DNA of 63,581 bases, counting the filler, from Pelomyxa schiedti (lineage: Eukaryota > Protista > Evosea): NCBI GenBank assembly GCA_020536535.1. It is 13 parts of 13 records of this genome, joined end to end, with 100 filler letters (N's around TTAATTAATTAA, not from the genome) between each part and the next. Parts side by side here need not be neighbours in the genome. Positions count along the whole stretch, not along the records: positions 34,564 to 41,911 come from JAHLWZ010001362.1; positions 42,012 to 44,646 come from JAHLWZ010001935.1; positions 44,747 to 46,059 come from JAHLWZ010002598.1; positions 46,160 to 47,212 come from JAHLWZ010002926.1; 9 more parts are not named here. One strand, written 5' to 3'. Positions 34,564 through 47,312 of this stretch are shown here, in pieces. Made by a program: the position numbers and the translations under genes. Below the pieces are notes generated by a model. That model saw only the letters and a list, made by a program, of their open reading frames with translations. It was not told the DNA's origin and did not search any database. Position 1 is the first letter of the stretch. Every line of letters starts with the position of its first letter.

Positions 34564-37500
34564 TTCCACAGCACAAGAAGGGCAAGTTTTAGTGCCAAAG
34601 GGCCAAAAATGATAAAGTATTTGGGTTTTGTTCGAAGAGGATTAAGTTTGGGTAACTGTTTGGGTGCTGATGGTGATGGTGATGATGCTTTAATTGGTGT
34701 AGATTGGGGGGGGAACGATGACCGTACAAGATCGAGAGACGAAGAGTTTCGCTGTAAATTACTTGATAAGAAAGTCTCAAATACATTGTGTTCCAGTGGT
34801 GATAGTAGAAGGGAGAATAAGGAATCCACTTCCCCTGCTAAATGGAGGTTAAATAACGGCATGTTATAAGAGGCAACCATTCAATACAGTCGAAAAGAAG
34901 TGTGTAAGATGATAGGTCACTGTCTTGATTTCTTCAGCTCCTTGAGGGAAGTGAACACGCTTTGTCATGATCAGAAATAAAGAAACTCAAGATAAAGGTG
35001 GCACCAAGAATGATAAAGCATCTTGTACGAATCCAGAGTGAACAAGAATTTCCACATACAAGGAGGCTTCTTCTGTAGAATGTATTGTCGATGCAAAATT
35101 ACAGCACCTTGAAACCTGGAGAGAATGAGGAAATTGTATCAAGAAAAAAAAGAAAATAACATTGGCTGCATCTTGGTATCTCTTAAATCTCACAAGAAGG
35201 GCCATGAGATCGAATAGTTTCAGTGGAAAAAAGGACTTGATGCTTGAACATGAATGTAGCTCGCGGCCAACTTCCTGGAGGATTTCAGAGTGGAACAGAA
35301 CGAGAATATACCTCAAAGTAATGGTTGTCAGCTAGCCACACAGCATGAATGGAGTGATGTACTTCAAGCGGAATATGAAACCTCTGACAGAACGCAAATG
35401 AAAGTGCTGGCACGGTAGAATGTTGAACTTCATCCAAGCAGTACAAAAGCTAACTTGGGTGTTAACATCAGTGAAGCAATCTTGCAAAACAAGCTTACAA
35501 TTGCTTGTCCGGTGGAGGTCTCTTCTGTGTTGCAGAGAGGTAACAGTACTTCAAGAGGAGGAGGGACTTGAAGAATATTCCATCTCTTGGGGAATTTGAG
35601 GGACTCCAACATTCTGGAAAATAAAGGCCTTTGGCTGCAATTTGGGAATTACCAACATAATAAACGAAAAAATAATTAAACATACGCAATAGGGGTTGGA
35701 ATAGCTTGCTCGAATGCCGGACTCAAACCAGATCTTAAACACCAAGCAGCCTTTTCCATCCCCTGATTAACGTCAATTGAGCAAAGATATTTGTCTCATA
35801 CTTGTAGTAAAAGAGTGATCTCCTGGAATATGTTATCCACAGATTCCATGGATTCTGTATTTTGGAATCGACGAAAAAGTGCCTAGATCAAAGTTTCAGA
35901 AGCACTGAGAATAAATACGTATTACCTCAAAAATTAATTCAAGGGACTGCAATTCATTTGAAATACTATCCAACGAACTCTGATCACAGTGGGGGTGTCG
36001 CATATCGGTACCTGATAAGTTATACTCAAAATGTAGCTAGGGAATCATGGAGATACTGTCGTTCAACTGACGGAGGAAGCCAGCAGCAGACATATATTTT
36101 TTCAATTTCTCGAAACAAGCATATGCCCAATTGCACACGGGGCGAGGATCTCTAATTCCCCATTGATCACCGCCAACGCTTTCACCATCCAGCAAATCAG
36201 TAGTGCTTTTAGGAACCAGGTCCTTTGGGAGGGTGATGTCTAGGTTTTCCCATAAGTATTATAAATTGAAAACGCGAGGGAAACACATTGCGCAATTAAG
36301 TGAGCCATGTTATGGGAATATAAAAGGGTGAAGTAATCTTCTGCGCAATCACTCTTCCCAGTGTCATCTTGCGGCATTGATTGTCCTTCTTGAAGCTTAC
36401 TGAAAACACTTTTAGGGTGAGTGAGTGCTAAAGGTCCTTGCTCTGATGCACGTTGTAGTACCTCCAGGAACGTCAGGCATAAAGGGGGAAGAAAGAAGAT
36501 ACATGGCTCTTCACTCCAGAAACTGAAGTCTCGATTTGGGCATTTGTTGATATCCCTATAAATGAAAATGAGGGAGCCTCTTCAGAAACACACGACAGGC
36601 TTCCGGAATACACGTGCATATCCTTGAGTCAAGTTAATTGTAATACTGTTTTAGGCGAAATACCAAGATTTGCTCATCCAACTTGAGGGTATGCTGTACT
36701 CTGTGTTGTGAATCAAGACATATAGCACTAGAGCTTTGGATATTCTACACGGAATAAAAAAAAAAAAAAGAGTTTGGATATTTTATACTTTCTGAGGCGC
36801 CAAGAGTCCAAAAGAAAATCTATTGGTTCTGTATCCAGATGTTAAAGGTGAGTTGGGAATGTGCTGCTACCGTGAAACCGATGAGCATGATGAAAACGAT
36901 AGCAGTTTTGAGCAATTGGTAAAACTGGTGTTGTAAATAGTTTGCTTCTTTTCCAAATCAACTTTCTCTACTTTCAAAATTTGATCTCTAATATGGGTAA
37001 ATAATGGAGAAAGCGAATACACACATACTAACCTTGGAACATAGCTGCATACCCACAGCCCTGACCCATCGTAGTCAAACCCTTGGATCACTTCGGAAGA
37101 TTAAAAGAAACAGAAAGGTATTTGACTCTTACCACCAGATTTCATATACACGCACTTGTGGACGTAACTACGCTCGAGGGAGTCTGCATCCCAGAGAATA
37201 ACGCCTCCAAATTGGAACCCTGCACCAAAGCATTGGCAGCCAGGTAAGTCCTTCATACAAGTCACCTACCCAAAAAAGTCAGTATTCCCAACATAAAGTT
37301 AGCTTACCATGGCGTGCTTTGTGGAAATTGAGGCTTCATTTTCGATATCATCCAGGTCATAGGAAAATTTTCCTGCAACATCCACACTAAACACCGTTAA
37401 ATGTATCAAAGATATGAAAAGATTACGAATTTTTATTCAAACTCAGTAAGGGGTGCCAGTGCCGCCCTTCAGGCACAGTGATTGAGCATCCCCAAAAGTA

Positions 37501-38902
37501 CTCATAACAGCCATCTGTAATAGTGGGTGGAACGTCCTGCAACAGTAATGAGAACAGTTACTACTCCAAACAGGGTAAATACAGGAAGTGTGAGGCCCAG
37601 TAACGATACTTCTCCTTTTTTCCCACCTAATGCAATACAATGCTTGCATGGGAAGAAATTTTTATCTTGATGATGCTATTTTGTGTTAATATTCTATTGT
37701 ATAAATATTAATGTTTACTGCTCCAATAGTGACAGATGTAAATGCAGTGACAACAAAGGGGACCGTGACTGTAGTACGCAGGCGGCATGAAGCGGCATCA
37801 AAAAGAACCAATTTGGAGTTTTGTGGAGAATCTTCTGCACGGTCGTCAAGTATACTAGCACACAAAACTGAAGTTGGAGCCGTCTTGCCAGCAACGCACA
37901 CATCTACTTCAGATACGTACATAATCTTGCTCTGTCCAGGGTCTTATTAATGACAAGAAAAGTGGGAACAAAAAGGACTACATTAGCCTCGAAGGAGAGA
38001 CATGCCACACTACTCCCATCTTTTGTACTATACACTTCGACCTGTACAATGACAAACTCTGGTAAGCAATAAAACAAAATAAAATTGAAAGAAGCAAAAC
38101 AAAACAAAACAAAACAAAACAAAACAAAACAAAACAAAACAAAACAAAACAAAACAAAACAAAACAAAACAAAACAAAACAAAACAAAACAAAACAAAAC
38201 AAAACAAAACAAAACAAAATCAACCAATTGCAAATAAAGGAGGGAAAAAAAGGGGTAGGGTCGTGGTGGTGGCATCGCACACACCCTCGCAGGGTCGTTC
38301 CTAACCAGCCAAGCAAATGCCGGTCGCCCTCCCTTTTTCCTTCCCTCACCACTGCTACCGTTCACCAAGTACGTCTCCATGTAGTCCTCCTCCTCCCCCC
38401 CCTCCCCCTCTTCGCCGTCTGCTCCCTCTCCCTCTCCCCCGCCGCGCCCCCCGCCCCCGCCGCCATGGGCGAACCCCGCCTCCCTCAGGCACGTCCCCGC
38501 CACCGTCGCCGCCTCGGCCTGTGGCTGCTGCTGCTGCTGCTCGTGGTCCCCCAGCCTCAGCTTCCTGCACGTTATCGCCAGCCCCCCGCGGTACGTTGTG
38601 GTGCTCCTCGAGGCCGCCGCCCTAGTCTTTCTCTTCGTCGGTTGTTGTGGCTGCTGCTTCGCCTCCGCCTCCGCCTCGGCCCCCGCCTCCGCGTCCCCGC
38701 CCCCTCGGTGCGTTGTTGTTGTTGCCGCGGCGTGCTCGGCGTCTCCTTCTCCTCCACCCGCCTCCGCGCCTCCAGGCTGTGTCCCTGTCGCCGCCGTGGG
38801 TGTTGGCTCCACGGGGGCCTGGGGCTCGTGGTCGCGGCCGGGCGGGGGCTGCGTGGCTGGTGGTGGTGTTGTTGTTTCGTCCCCCATGGTCGCCGTCGCC
38901 AT
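34564..38902 (-). CDS. ELYS: ELYS/AHCTF1/MEL-28-like nucleoporin, multi-exon, 3' partial
   Basis: Manual splicing gives FAWLVRNDPAR-VEVYSTKDGSSVACLSF, SKLVLFDAASCRLRTTVTVPFVVTAF and VTCMKDLPGCQCFGAGFQFGGVILWDADSLERSY. These match, in order, ELYS propeller segments as I recall them ([85 protein letters not shown]). Distal LFSLLLSPLEHNVFETFL resembles the helical domain. Start may be 39001, 38902 or the next Met. Confidence 0.65.
38096..38215 (+). repeat. (AAAAC)24 pentanucleotide microsatellite inside an intron of the ELYS-like gene
   Basis: Perfect tandem array; source of the spurious FCFVL-repeat ORFs. Confidence 0.97.
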
Positions 38903-39014
38903 TGATGTTGGCCTCGTTTGGTGGCTAAAAATAGATAGGTTGTTTTGATGATGAGGTCGTGCGGAATCATAAGACTGTGATGGTGTTTGTGTCTGTGGCA
39001 TTCTAGTGATACTA

Positions 39015-40794
39015 CTACTCTATTCTCATTATTATGTGTACCCCACTGTCGGTGAAAACTGGTTGTGATAGACCCCCTATGGGCAGTGCGAACCTAGGTT
39101 GTTTGTTAGTACCGCAGCTGCTAGGTAGTAAAAAGAAAAACGGGAGAAAGAACATAATGAGGGATGGGGAAGAATACGCAGAGTCCTCGAATGCTTTTTT
39201 CATAACACCTTTGCCAAACCGGCCCAGGTCACCCTTCCTTTTGGCACTGCTGCAGTCAGATTCAGTTTCAGCTAGGTGATCAAACTGTGCAGTACCGGTT
39301 GCAATTTGTTCCCGTATGTCTATTGGTTTTTGTGAGTGTTGCGGCCGTGCACAATTGATACCTATAATCTTTTTTAGAGCCTCATCTTTTGTCCGGGTGA
39401 TAGCTGCTTCTCTCCAGGAAGATGGCCGTGAAGAATCTTTGTGCTTTACAAGGATATGTTTACATCTGACTTTTGGTTCATCCTACGATGATTTAGCGAT
39501 AGAATGGAGTGGAGGATTGAATTCCACCTTGGGTTTTTTGGAATCAGAGGGCTGATGTTGGTGGGTAGGGGGTGGAGGCCGTTTTTGGGGAACTTCTTTG
39601 GGCGGTGGAATTTCCGGCTGGCGGTGCGAACCTGGAGGCTTGGTTGGTAATGGTGACTGTCGTGGAGGTGGTACTCTGTTCACTTGTGCGGCCGGTGATT
39701 TCTGTGGGCGCTCAGGGGAATCTACTGAGGCTGGAGTGATTGAACTAGGTTTGACAGGCTGTTTCACAGTGGGTGTGGTGGAAACAGCAGATGACATAGT
39801 CGGTTTTTTTGGTGTTGCAACACCGGGCACGGTGGTGGAGGAAGTGCTGGAAACAGGTGGTGGTTTTGCTGGTGAAGAAGCGGCTGAAACTGGCGAGTGG
39901 GATGCTGCTTCTGGGTCCGGAACTTTTAGAGGATCTTTTGGTGCTTTTTTCCATTCAAATTTGAGAACAAAGTTAATGGAGGAAAATGCCCTGTACCTGA
40001 TGTTGGACCAACAGTAAATACATACAACCTAAAAATTTCCATCTTGTTACATGTAATGAAAGAAAAGTGCAACGAGACCTGGAGGACTGGCCAAATGTAA
40101 CAACATCCTCATCTTCATTAATTCATTAGATCAATACAACAAGGAGATTGGGTATTACGATGCAATTGAGTGAACTGAAGAGGTAGAATTGGCACTCCAT
40201 TCACAAAAGTGCCATTTATTGATTTGAGGTCAGCAACATACGAGTCCATTTCATCATTCACAATTGCAGCATGTGACCTTGACACAGTGGGATGTGTCAC
40301 AACTGTAAATGCATACAAGTTAACTTTTCATTTTCTAAATACAAGAGGTACCAAATGACGCAGCCATTGGGTGCCTGCCAACAACTAAATGTGAAATAGA
40401 TCCTAAATCAACCTGGGTTATAATTGAGGCATCCTTCTTCACCTGTTTGGAAGTTAAACCAACTACTGCCGCAAACAAACATAGCAAAAATTAATATAAT
40501 GGTGCATTAAGCAAATGAATTTCGTAAGAAACAAGCAATGAGGGCACAACAACAATTATAACTAGTTATAGCACATTATACAGTGTGTCGATGGCGGCGC
40601 GTCCTAGGACGCACTCAATTATGGGTTAAAGCGAGGCAAAACATCCACACCACACTAACCTGGAATGAAGCAGGGACTGGCCGAGGCGTGGCCCAATCGG
40701 GGACACTGAATCTCTCGCCCACCAACGTGGCCGCTGCCTTATCATGCGCCCCAACCCTACTACTCGACGTAGTTGTTGCCTTGGTGTCCGCCAT
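39015..40794 (-). CDS. FHA-domain parvulin (Pin1-like PPIase with FHA in place of WW), multi-exon
   Basis: FSVPDWA; FHA motifs [32 protein letters not shown]; Pro-rich linker; parvulin [49 protein letters not shown][29 protein letters not shown]. Confidence 0.92.
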
Positions 40795-41169
40795 TCCGCA
40801 CAGAGGAAATCTGGTATCTGATGCCCTTTGTGGTCCGAACCAGAGCAGATCCCTTGGATCACATGCACAATGAGGTAATCCTAATCGTGGCCCCTTTGTA
40901 AAAGGCTGCGCGATGCGACCAGAGTGGTGCTGGAACAACTTGTCAGAAAAGACTTGGATGTTTTCCATGGGGTGATGGTGTGGGTGATGTACCTTATTTA
41001 AAATAGTTGGTTGACGAGGATAGTATCACTGTGGCATTGTGGGAGCAGTCGCCACGCGAATAGTTCGGAACAGTTTTCTTTCGGATTTGTTTTCTTCCGA
41101 ATTCATTGCATAAGCAAAAACGCGCAACAAACAACCAAGACAAACTAGGGAACAGCAAAAAGAAGAACG

Positions 41170-41911
41170 ATGGTACGAATATCGCTTGGTTTCGTGAGCA
41201 ACAGCTCGGGCACATCATATGTTGTCATGCTACCCCGTGGCTTCACTGTCACCGATGAAGAAATAAGGCGGGCGAACAACTACAACTACAACAGGTTCAA
41301 CGGTGATGACGATGATGACGAGACAGACGATGACGAGGAGGAAGAGGAGGAAGAGGAGGGGCACAAAATTATAGGTACTGTCACGAAGGATGTCTTGAAG
41401 CAGGTACATATTTCATCTGTGTGGATAAAAATAACCCATACAACCATGAAATAAAAGCGTAAATGATGTAGAGTGGGATTTATGAATTAAGTAACTTATG
41501 GGCACAGGTAAAAAAGGACATTCGTACACTAGTTCGCGGAGGCCGCTGCAGTGCCGATGACCCAGAACGCTTCAGCGACGACGCCCATAAAATATATCCT
41601 TGGGCAGTCATGCGGCTCACAACCGGGGTTATTCCTCGCCGTTACAAGCTCGTTGAATTTGAAACCGGAGCCGTGAGAAATCTTTTCCTTGTCCATTCTT
41701 TCCATCATTCATCAAAAAACCCCGTTCCCATAAACCCCTATGTACTCGGCAAATGTGCCGGCCACGTTCCACGCTGTTCTCGCGCGTGCTGCGCGTCGAT
41801 GGTCGAGTGGGCCAGGTCGCGTCACCTGTTCGAGTCGTGGGCTCGCGACTGGGTGCTCAGGCCCGAGAGGTCCGCCGTCTTCGGGCTTCCCATAACCCAC
41901 TCCAGCGGCAC
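41170..41911 (+). CDS. Gene with N-terminal GFVSNSS motif and acidic tract, continuing in frame into a family-A/B-type module; 3' partial
   Basis: MVRISLGFVSNSSGTSYVVMLP; phase-0 intron 41404-41507; VKKDIRTL..; MVEWARSRHLFESWARDWVLRPERSAVFGLP at the contig end. Confidence 0.6.
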
Positions 41912-42011
41912 NNNNNNNNNNNNNNNNNNNNNNNNNNNNNNNNNNNNNNNNNNNNTTAATTAATTAANNNNNNNNNNNNNNNNNNNNNNNNNNNNNNNNN
42001 NNNNNNNNNNN

Positions 42012-42427
42012 TTGATGACTCTCAAACCATGGTTGCAGTTGCAAACCTTGTTGGAACAATCTCCACCCTCCTCCTCTTCTTCATTGGAGCCTTTATCGCT
42101 GCTGTTGAGAGAGATCACCGAGGGAGCATCACATATTCGAGGAGGATGACGTTTGACAGCTGCAGCAAGGTAATCGAACAGCACACACTGTTCCAGAAGG
42201 AGTGTGATTCACAATTCACCCTGTGTCAAGGACTCCATCATGAAATCGGGGATCTCTTTGCAGCATGCAAAGACTTCAACGAGGCATACTCAAGCAAGTA
42301 CATGGTGATGCGTGGTCTTGAGGGTGACGAGCAGTTCATGTCACACCCTGATGTGTGGCATCAGCTCTCCGAGTTGCTGCCTCGTGCACAACAGGTGGTC
42401 ATGGATATCACATTTTCCCTGACGTGA
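42012..42427 (+). CDS. 3' end of the MORN/coiled-coil gene (wrapped from the contig end or from the preceding tandem copy)
   Basis: 42012-42130 is identical to 44528-44646. The incoming frame stops at 42149; helical MTFDSCSKVIEQH.. continues in another frame. Confidence 0.7.
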
Positions 42428-42699
42428 ACTTTGCCAGTGTCACCAGGTTCGCGGCAGCAGGCTGGGTGCACTGCTTCTGGCTCTCACCAGGAAGCACAAC
42501 AGAAATCGCAACAAACAGGCCTCTGCCATGTGACAACAATTGAATTTTTGTTGTTTCTGTATAACGATCGAGGCCAGCGGAGACCTACCTTCCTCAGAAC
42601 GGGAACAGGGACGGGTGGGGAGTGGCGCACGGCCCGATTGTAGGTCTTTTTTCGACTTGATGGTAGATTTGATCTTCCTGTTTTCGTTACAAACAACCA

Positions 42700-44646
42700 A
42701 TGGCAACGAAACGTGCTGTGGAGTCTGTTGAGAACGCCAAGGTGCCTGACGGTGTGTACACAGGTCGGCTGGTCAACAACAAACGCGACGGCAGGGGCAA
42801 GGTGACGTGGCACGGAGGGGGAACCTACGACGGCGAATGGAGGGACGACAATATGCAGGGGCGAGGGGTGATAACGGCGGCGGAGGGGACGTACGATGGC
42901 GAGTTCAGAGACAACCTCATGGATGGGTGGGGTGTGCTTCGTGGCGCAGGGTGTTTGTGCGTTGAGGGCCTGTGGCGCGGGAGCAGACTCACGAGGGGAA
43001 CGTGGCACCACCCAAACGGGGTCGACGTGAAGGAGGGCGAGTGGGTTTGGAATGAGTCTACAACATCCTACAAACTACAAGGGTGGGGAGTGTGGAGGAA
43101 GAGGATGACCAAAAGTAATGGGGGCTACACCGAAGCTGTTCCAACAGAATCTACTGCTGCCAACCAGGTCGTGATGGTGACTGTGTATGAGGGTGGGTGG
43201 AATAACGACCAGAGGCACGGCCATGGGACGTGGAGGTCACCAGAAACAGGCACGATCTACTGTGGCGAGTGGGACAACGATGTGATGAGCGGGACAGGGA
43301 GGATGCTCATTGGTGACAACAGCCGCTACAAAGACCCAGGAGGGAGCTACGTTGGTGGGATGAAGAACGACAAGTTCCACGGGGAGGGTGTGAGGTTGTG
43401 GTCAAACGGTGACAGGTATCAGGGATCATGGGAGGATGACAAGGAGCACGGGAACGGGACGAAGAGGTGGGCCAGGGATGGGTCATCGTTCACTGGTGTG
43501 TGGGAGAGGGGTGTCCCTGTCAAGGGCACAATGGAGTGGCCAAACGGCGACAAGTTCACTGGCACATTCACAGATGAAACAGAGGGAGAAGGTGTCCTGT
43601 CACTCTCGCAATTGTGCAGCAACGACGGAGAGGGGTCAGCAGAGTTTGGGAACAACAAAATAAAGGGGAGTCTGAGGCGCAACACATTCCACGGAGCTGA
43701 TGGTGCCGCCTTGCACGTGATGGGATCGTCATTGCCACACTTGTATCACAGTCAACTCATCAAGGTGTCCACTCCTCTCCCTAAAAAAAACATAACATAA
43801 GAGCAAAAAAAACCCCAGAAAGTGAAAGAGGAACACAACAACGAGAGGGAAACTGAAAGAAATCAATGGAACACTGAAAGGGCACATCTTCAGACCAAAT
43901 TGAAGGCAGCAGAACTGTCGATCAAGGTGTGCAGCCACCTTGGTGGTTCCTCGTAACAGCAAACAAAACAACAATGGCAGGAATTGACCAAACAAAAAGC
44001 ACTGGAAGAAGGTGATTCATTACAATTTCTTGTGGTGAACGACACTTCAACTGTTGAAGCAAGCCAACAGCAACACGAGCCATCACGGGCACTGTCTGAA
44101 CTGAACACAGCATTCAAGGTTGCCACCAAGTTACGATCACAGTTGAAAAACGCAGCACCTTTGTTGGTCTCACTTGAGGAGTCAGTCTCATCACTGAGGC
44201 AGTCCCTCGAAAGTGCCACGGAAAGGAACCAAGCACTTGCTGTTCACTTGAGCGAACTGGCAAATCTGAGGGAGGAACTCGACAAGGCAGTTGAGGAGTC
44301 AGACAGGAGGTGGAAGGAGATACTTGGGCAAACACTGACAGTGGAGAGCAGTGAGTCAGAGATACGGCAGTGCTCCAGAAATATTTCATTGTTGATGCAA
44401 AAACTTCTTGGAATCGTACCGTCATCATCAGCAATCAATGAAGAACAGCGAGGACCAAGGCCGGACCAAGGTAAGCACCGTGAATAACACAACAATTGAT
44501 CCAACAACCCCCACAGACATCAACAAGTTGATGACTCTCAAACCATGGTTGCAGTTGCAAACCTTGTTGGAACAATCTCCACCCTCCTCCTCTTCTTCAT
44601 TGGAGCCTTTATCGCTGCTGTTGAGAGAGATCACCGAGGGAGCATC
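42700..44646 (+). CDS. MORN-repeat plus coiled-coil protein
   Basis: Multiple YxGxWxxxxxxGxG MORN repeats; introns 43765-43818, 43927-43959 and 44471-44516 keep the frame; C-terminal coiled coil. Confidence 0.92.
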
Positions 44647-44746
44647 NNNNNNNNNNNNNNNNNNNNNNNNNNNNNNNNNNNNNNNNNNNNTTAATTAATT
44701 AANNNNNNNNNNNNNNNNNNNNNNNNNNNNNNNNNNNNNNNNNNNN

Positions 44747-45720
44747 GAGAGCTGCCACGAGCTGTCCTGACGTTGTCACGTTTTCAACGCGCTTGACTCG
44801 CGACTGTTGTTGTTGCTGTTGTTGCACAACACTGACTGTGAGTTCTCCATTGTCTCCGGTTGTTGTTTTTGACGAGGATGGTAACCGTGGTTTGGTGTGG
44901 CTCCCAGAACTGGACGGAGACGAAGAGGCGTGGGCCGTTGTGGCCATGTGAAAAGTTGGTTCGAGTGATGAAAAAGCAGTCGAAAAATGAAAAGCCGTTT
45001 GGTTCGTAATATCAAAGCCGGAGCATTACTGTAAATCCTGTTCTGTGATGTTATTGTTTCGCCAGACGTTTTCCAGGTGAAGCGTTGTTGTGAGGGTGTT
45101 GTGAATCTACTCTCAGTTATGTGGCAACTTCCTCACAGGCTTGTTCCTGCTTGCCGCTTTCCTTTTTATTTCATTCCAACAATATTGCTGGGATGATGTG
45201 TCTATTCACCCACTTGACATATTCCTGTACGTGTCTCTCCTGTTATCAAGAATCTTCATGAATACTTCCATCACTACCTTCACGTCTCCAATCAGACCCA
45301 AGTCCTGTTGATACACCAAGACCATTCATAACCAAAACCTTGATGTCATATCACTGTGGGCATCAGCCAGGAAACTCTTCCTTATTACAAGTGCTTGTTG
45401 TTAGCACCTGTTATCCAAATGGATGAAGCTTGAATGTCACCTGCACCCTGTCAAACTCACTGAGAAAGCCTCATGGTAATATCTGCAGATATGCTAATCC
45501 CGATCCACACTCTTTGCACACGGAACAAAGGAACTCTGGAGTTGGCATTTGTCATTTGCCTTTTCTTTTTTAGCACTGCAGAACATCTGGATCTTCTGAA
45601 ATCGATCCTCGATCGAGGTTTGACCCTGTTGCTGGAGAGAGCGGCCACGAGCTGTCCTGATGTTGTAACGTTTTCAACTCGTGACTGTTGCTGTTCAGAA
45701 ATTTAACATTATCGGATCTT
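44747..45720 (-). pseudogene. Two tandem copies of an unknown gene: a 5' start (ATG 44947) and a decayed upstream copy
   Basis: RVENVTTSGQLVAAL encoded at about 44747-44790 and again at about 45636-45680; the second copy is interrupted by stops. Confidence 0.6.
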
Positions 45721-46539
45721 CCCAAAGTCGAAGAGAAGCTAGCCCGCATGGCTGTTCACGATTGTGTTTGTGTTCCATGGATACCCTTGGTTGATACCCC
45801 GGCTCACGTATCGCCGCAAGAATCACCCCAAACTTCATGTGAGGGGCTACAAGGAAGAGACCACAACAACTTCTCCCTTTGACAATCAGATTGATCGGTA
45901 CTACCAGTACTTGCAGCCATCAGAGCCTTATTTGATCACATCTTTCACCCTCCCCACTCTTTCTTTCATTTCCAGAATAGCCTACGACCCCTCCCCTGCC
46001 CTTTTCGCTCGTAGCAAACCGTATCAGGAAGAAAAACAAAATCTTTTTGATAGATTGAGNNNNNNNNNNNNNNNNNNNNNNNNNNNNNNNNNNNNNNNNN
46101 NNNTTAATTAATTAANNNNNNNNNNNNNNNNNNNNNNNNNNNNNNNNNNNNNNNNNNNNTTTTTAACATACGACGGATGTGACGGCGGGCACACGGAACG
46201 AAAGAATGACGCCGCTTTATGGTGATACGTGGCCATCACTGCCTGATCTCAAACAAACACGACACTAAAGTGCACTACCTACCAAGTACCCACACCACAC
46301 CGGAACCACCCAGCACTTCTTTGTTAGTGAAATGAACACACACGTGGTTTGTTGGTTGAATTTCCTGGAACAACATCTGCTCCGGAGCTGTCAACCACGG
46401 AAAAGAAAAGTACTGCACGGAACGCCTTTCCTTCGCATTCTCGTTACCATCACAAGAATTCTTTTTTCGTTGGGGAGGTAGATGTCAATGTCGTTGTCAT
46501 TGTCGTTTGGGCGGACCTCCAAGATCCAAGGACACGACG

Positions 46540-47212
46540 ATGGGGACGACGAGCCATAGCGACAAGGAGCGGCTCGTGTGGCTCTCACGTCTGATCTGGG
46601 GCCAAATCGTGTCGCCAGGGTGGCTCGACCACGACAATGCCTCCCACAAGTACGGTAACAACACCCGGCACAAAAGGGACAAGGCACGAGACAAAACACG
46701 GGTTCTGAGTCACGTTGTGACACTGTTCAGCCTCGCGGAGGCCACGTCGCCACTCCTCGTTGGTCTCATCTGCAACAGGGTCCTTCGCTTCGGCGTCGTT
46801 GGTGTTGTTGATGTTGCTGCTGAATCCGAATCACTCGCCTCATCCCATAACTGCAACTGCAGGTATTACGTTGGCACGTACCGTGCGATCTTGAATGCAG
46901 CGTCTGTTCCCAGTGCCTCATGTGTGCAGTGGATCCTGGATCACAAGCGGCAGATGAAGCCGAAGAATCCGAGTCAAAATTCAGAGCAAGCAGATGGTCA
47001 CCATCTGGTCTATTCAGGCTCAGTCACACAAAGGGGTGATGATGAATGCACGGAGGAGGAGGAGAGAGCTGTGATCAAAGAAGTGGCAGCCGTGTTGGTT
47101 GGGCTGTGTTGCTGCGGCAGCGTGGAGATGGCTCGGATGATGTTTGGTGATTCTGAAGCCTGTGGGAGGAGTTCCTTTTTCGCTGGCACGCTGCCATCGC
47201 TGTGGGATGGGC
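46540..47212 (+). CDS. N-terminal part of a lineage-specific helical-repeat (ankyrin-like) protein, partial
   Basis: Intronless ORF MGTTSHS..VWLSRLIWGQIV..AASVPSASCVQWIL..VLVGLCCCGSVEMARMM; the ankyrin likeness is weak. Confidence 0.55.
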
Positions 47213-47312
47213 NNNNNNNNNNNNNNNNNNNNNNNNNNNNNNNNNNNNNNNNNNNNTTAATTAATTAANNNNNNNNNNNNNNNNNNNNNNNNNNNNNNNN
47301 NNNNNNNNNNNN

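Noticed and set aside
37904-38352. FCFVL-repeat hydrophobic protein
   Set aside because: Translation of the intronic (AAAAC)24 microsatellite.
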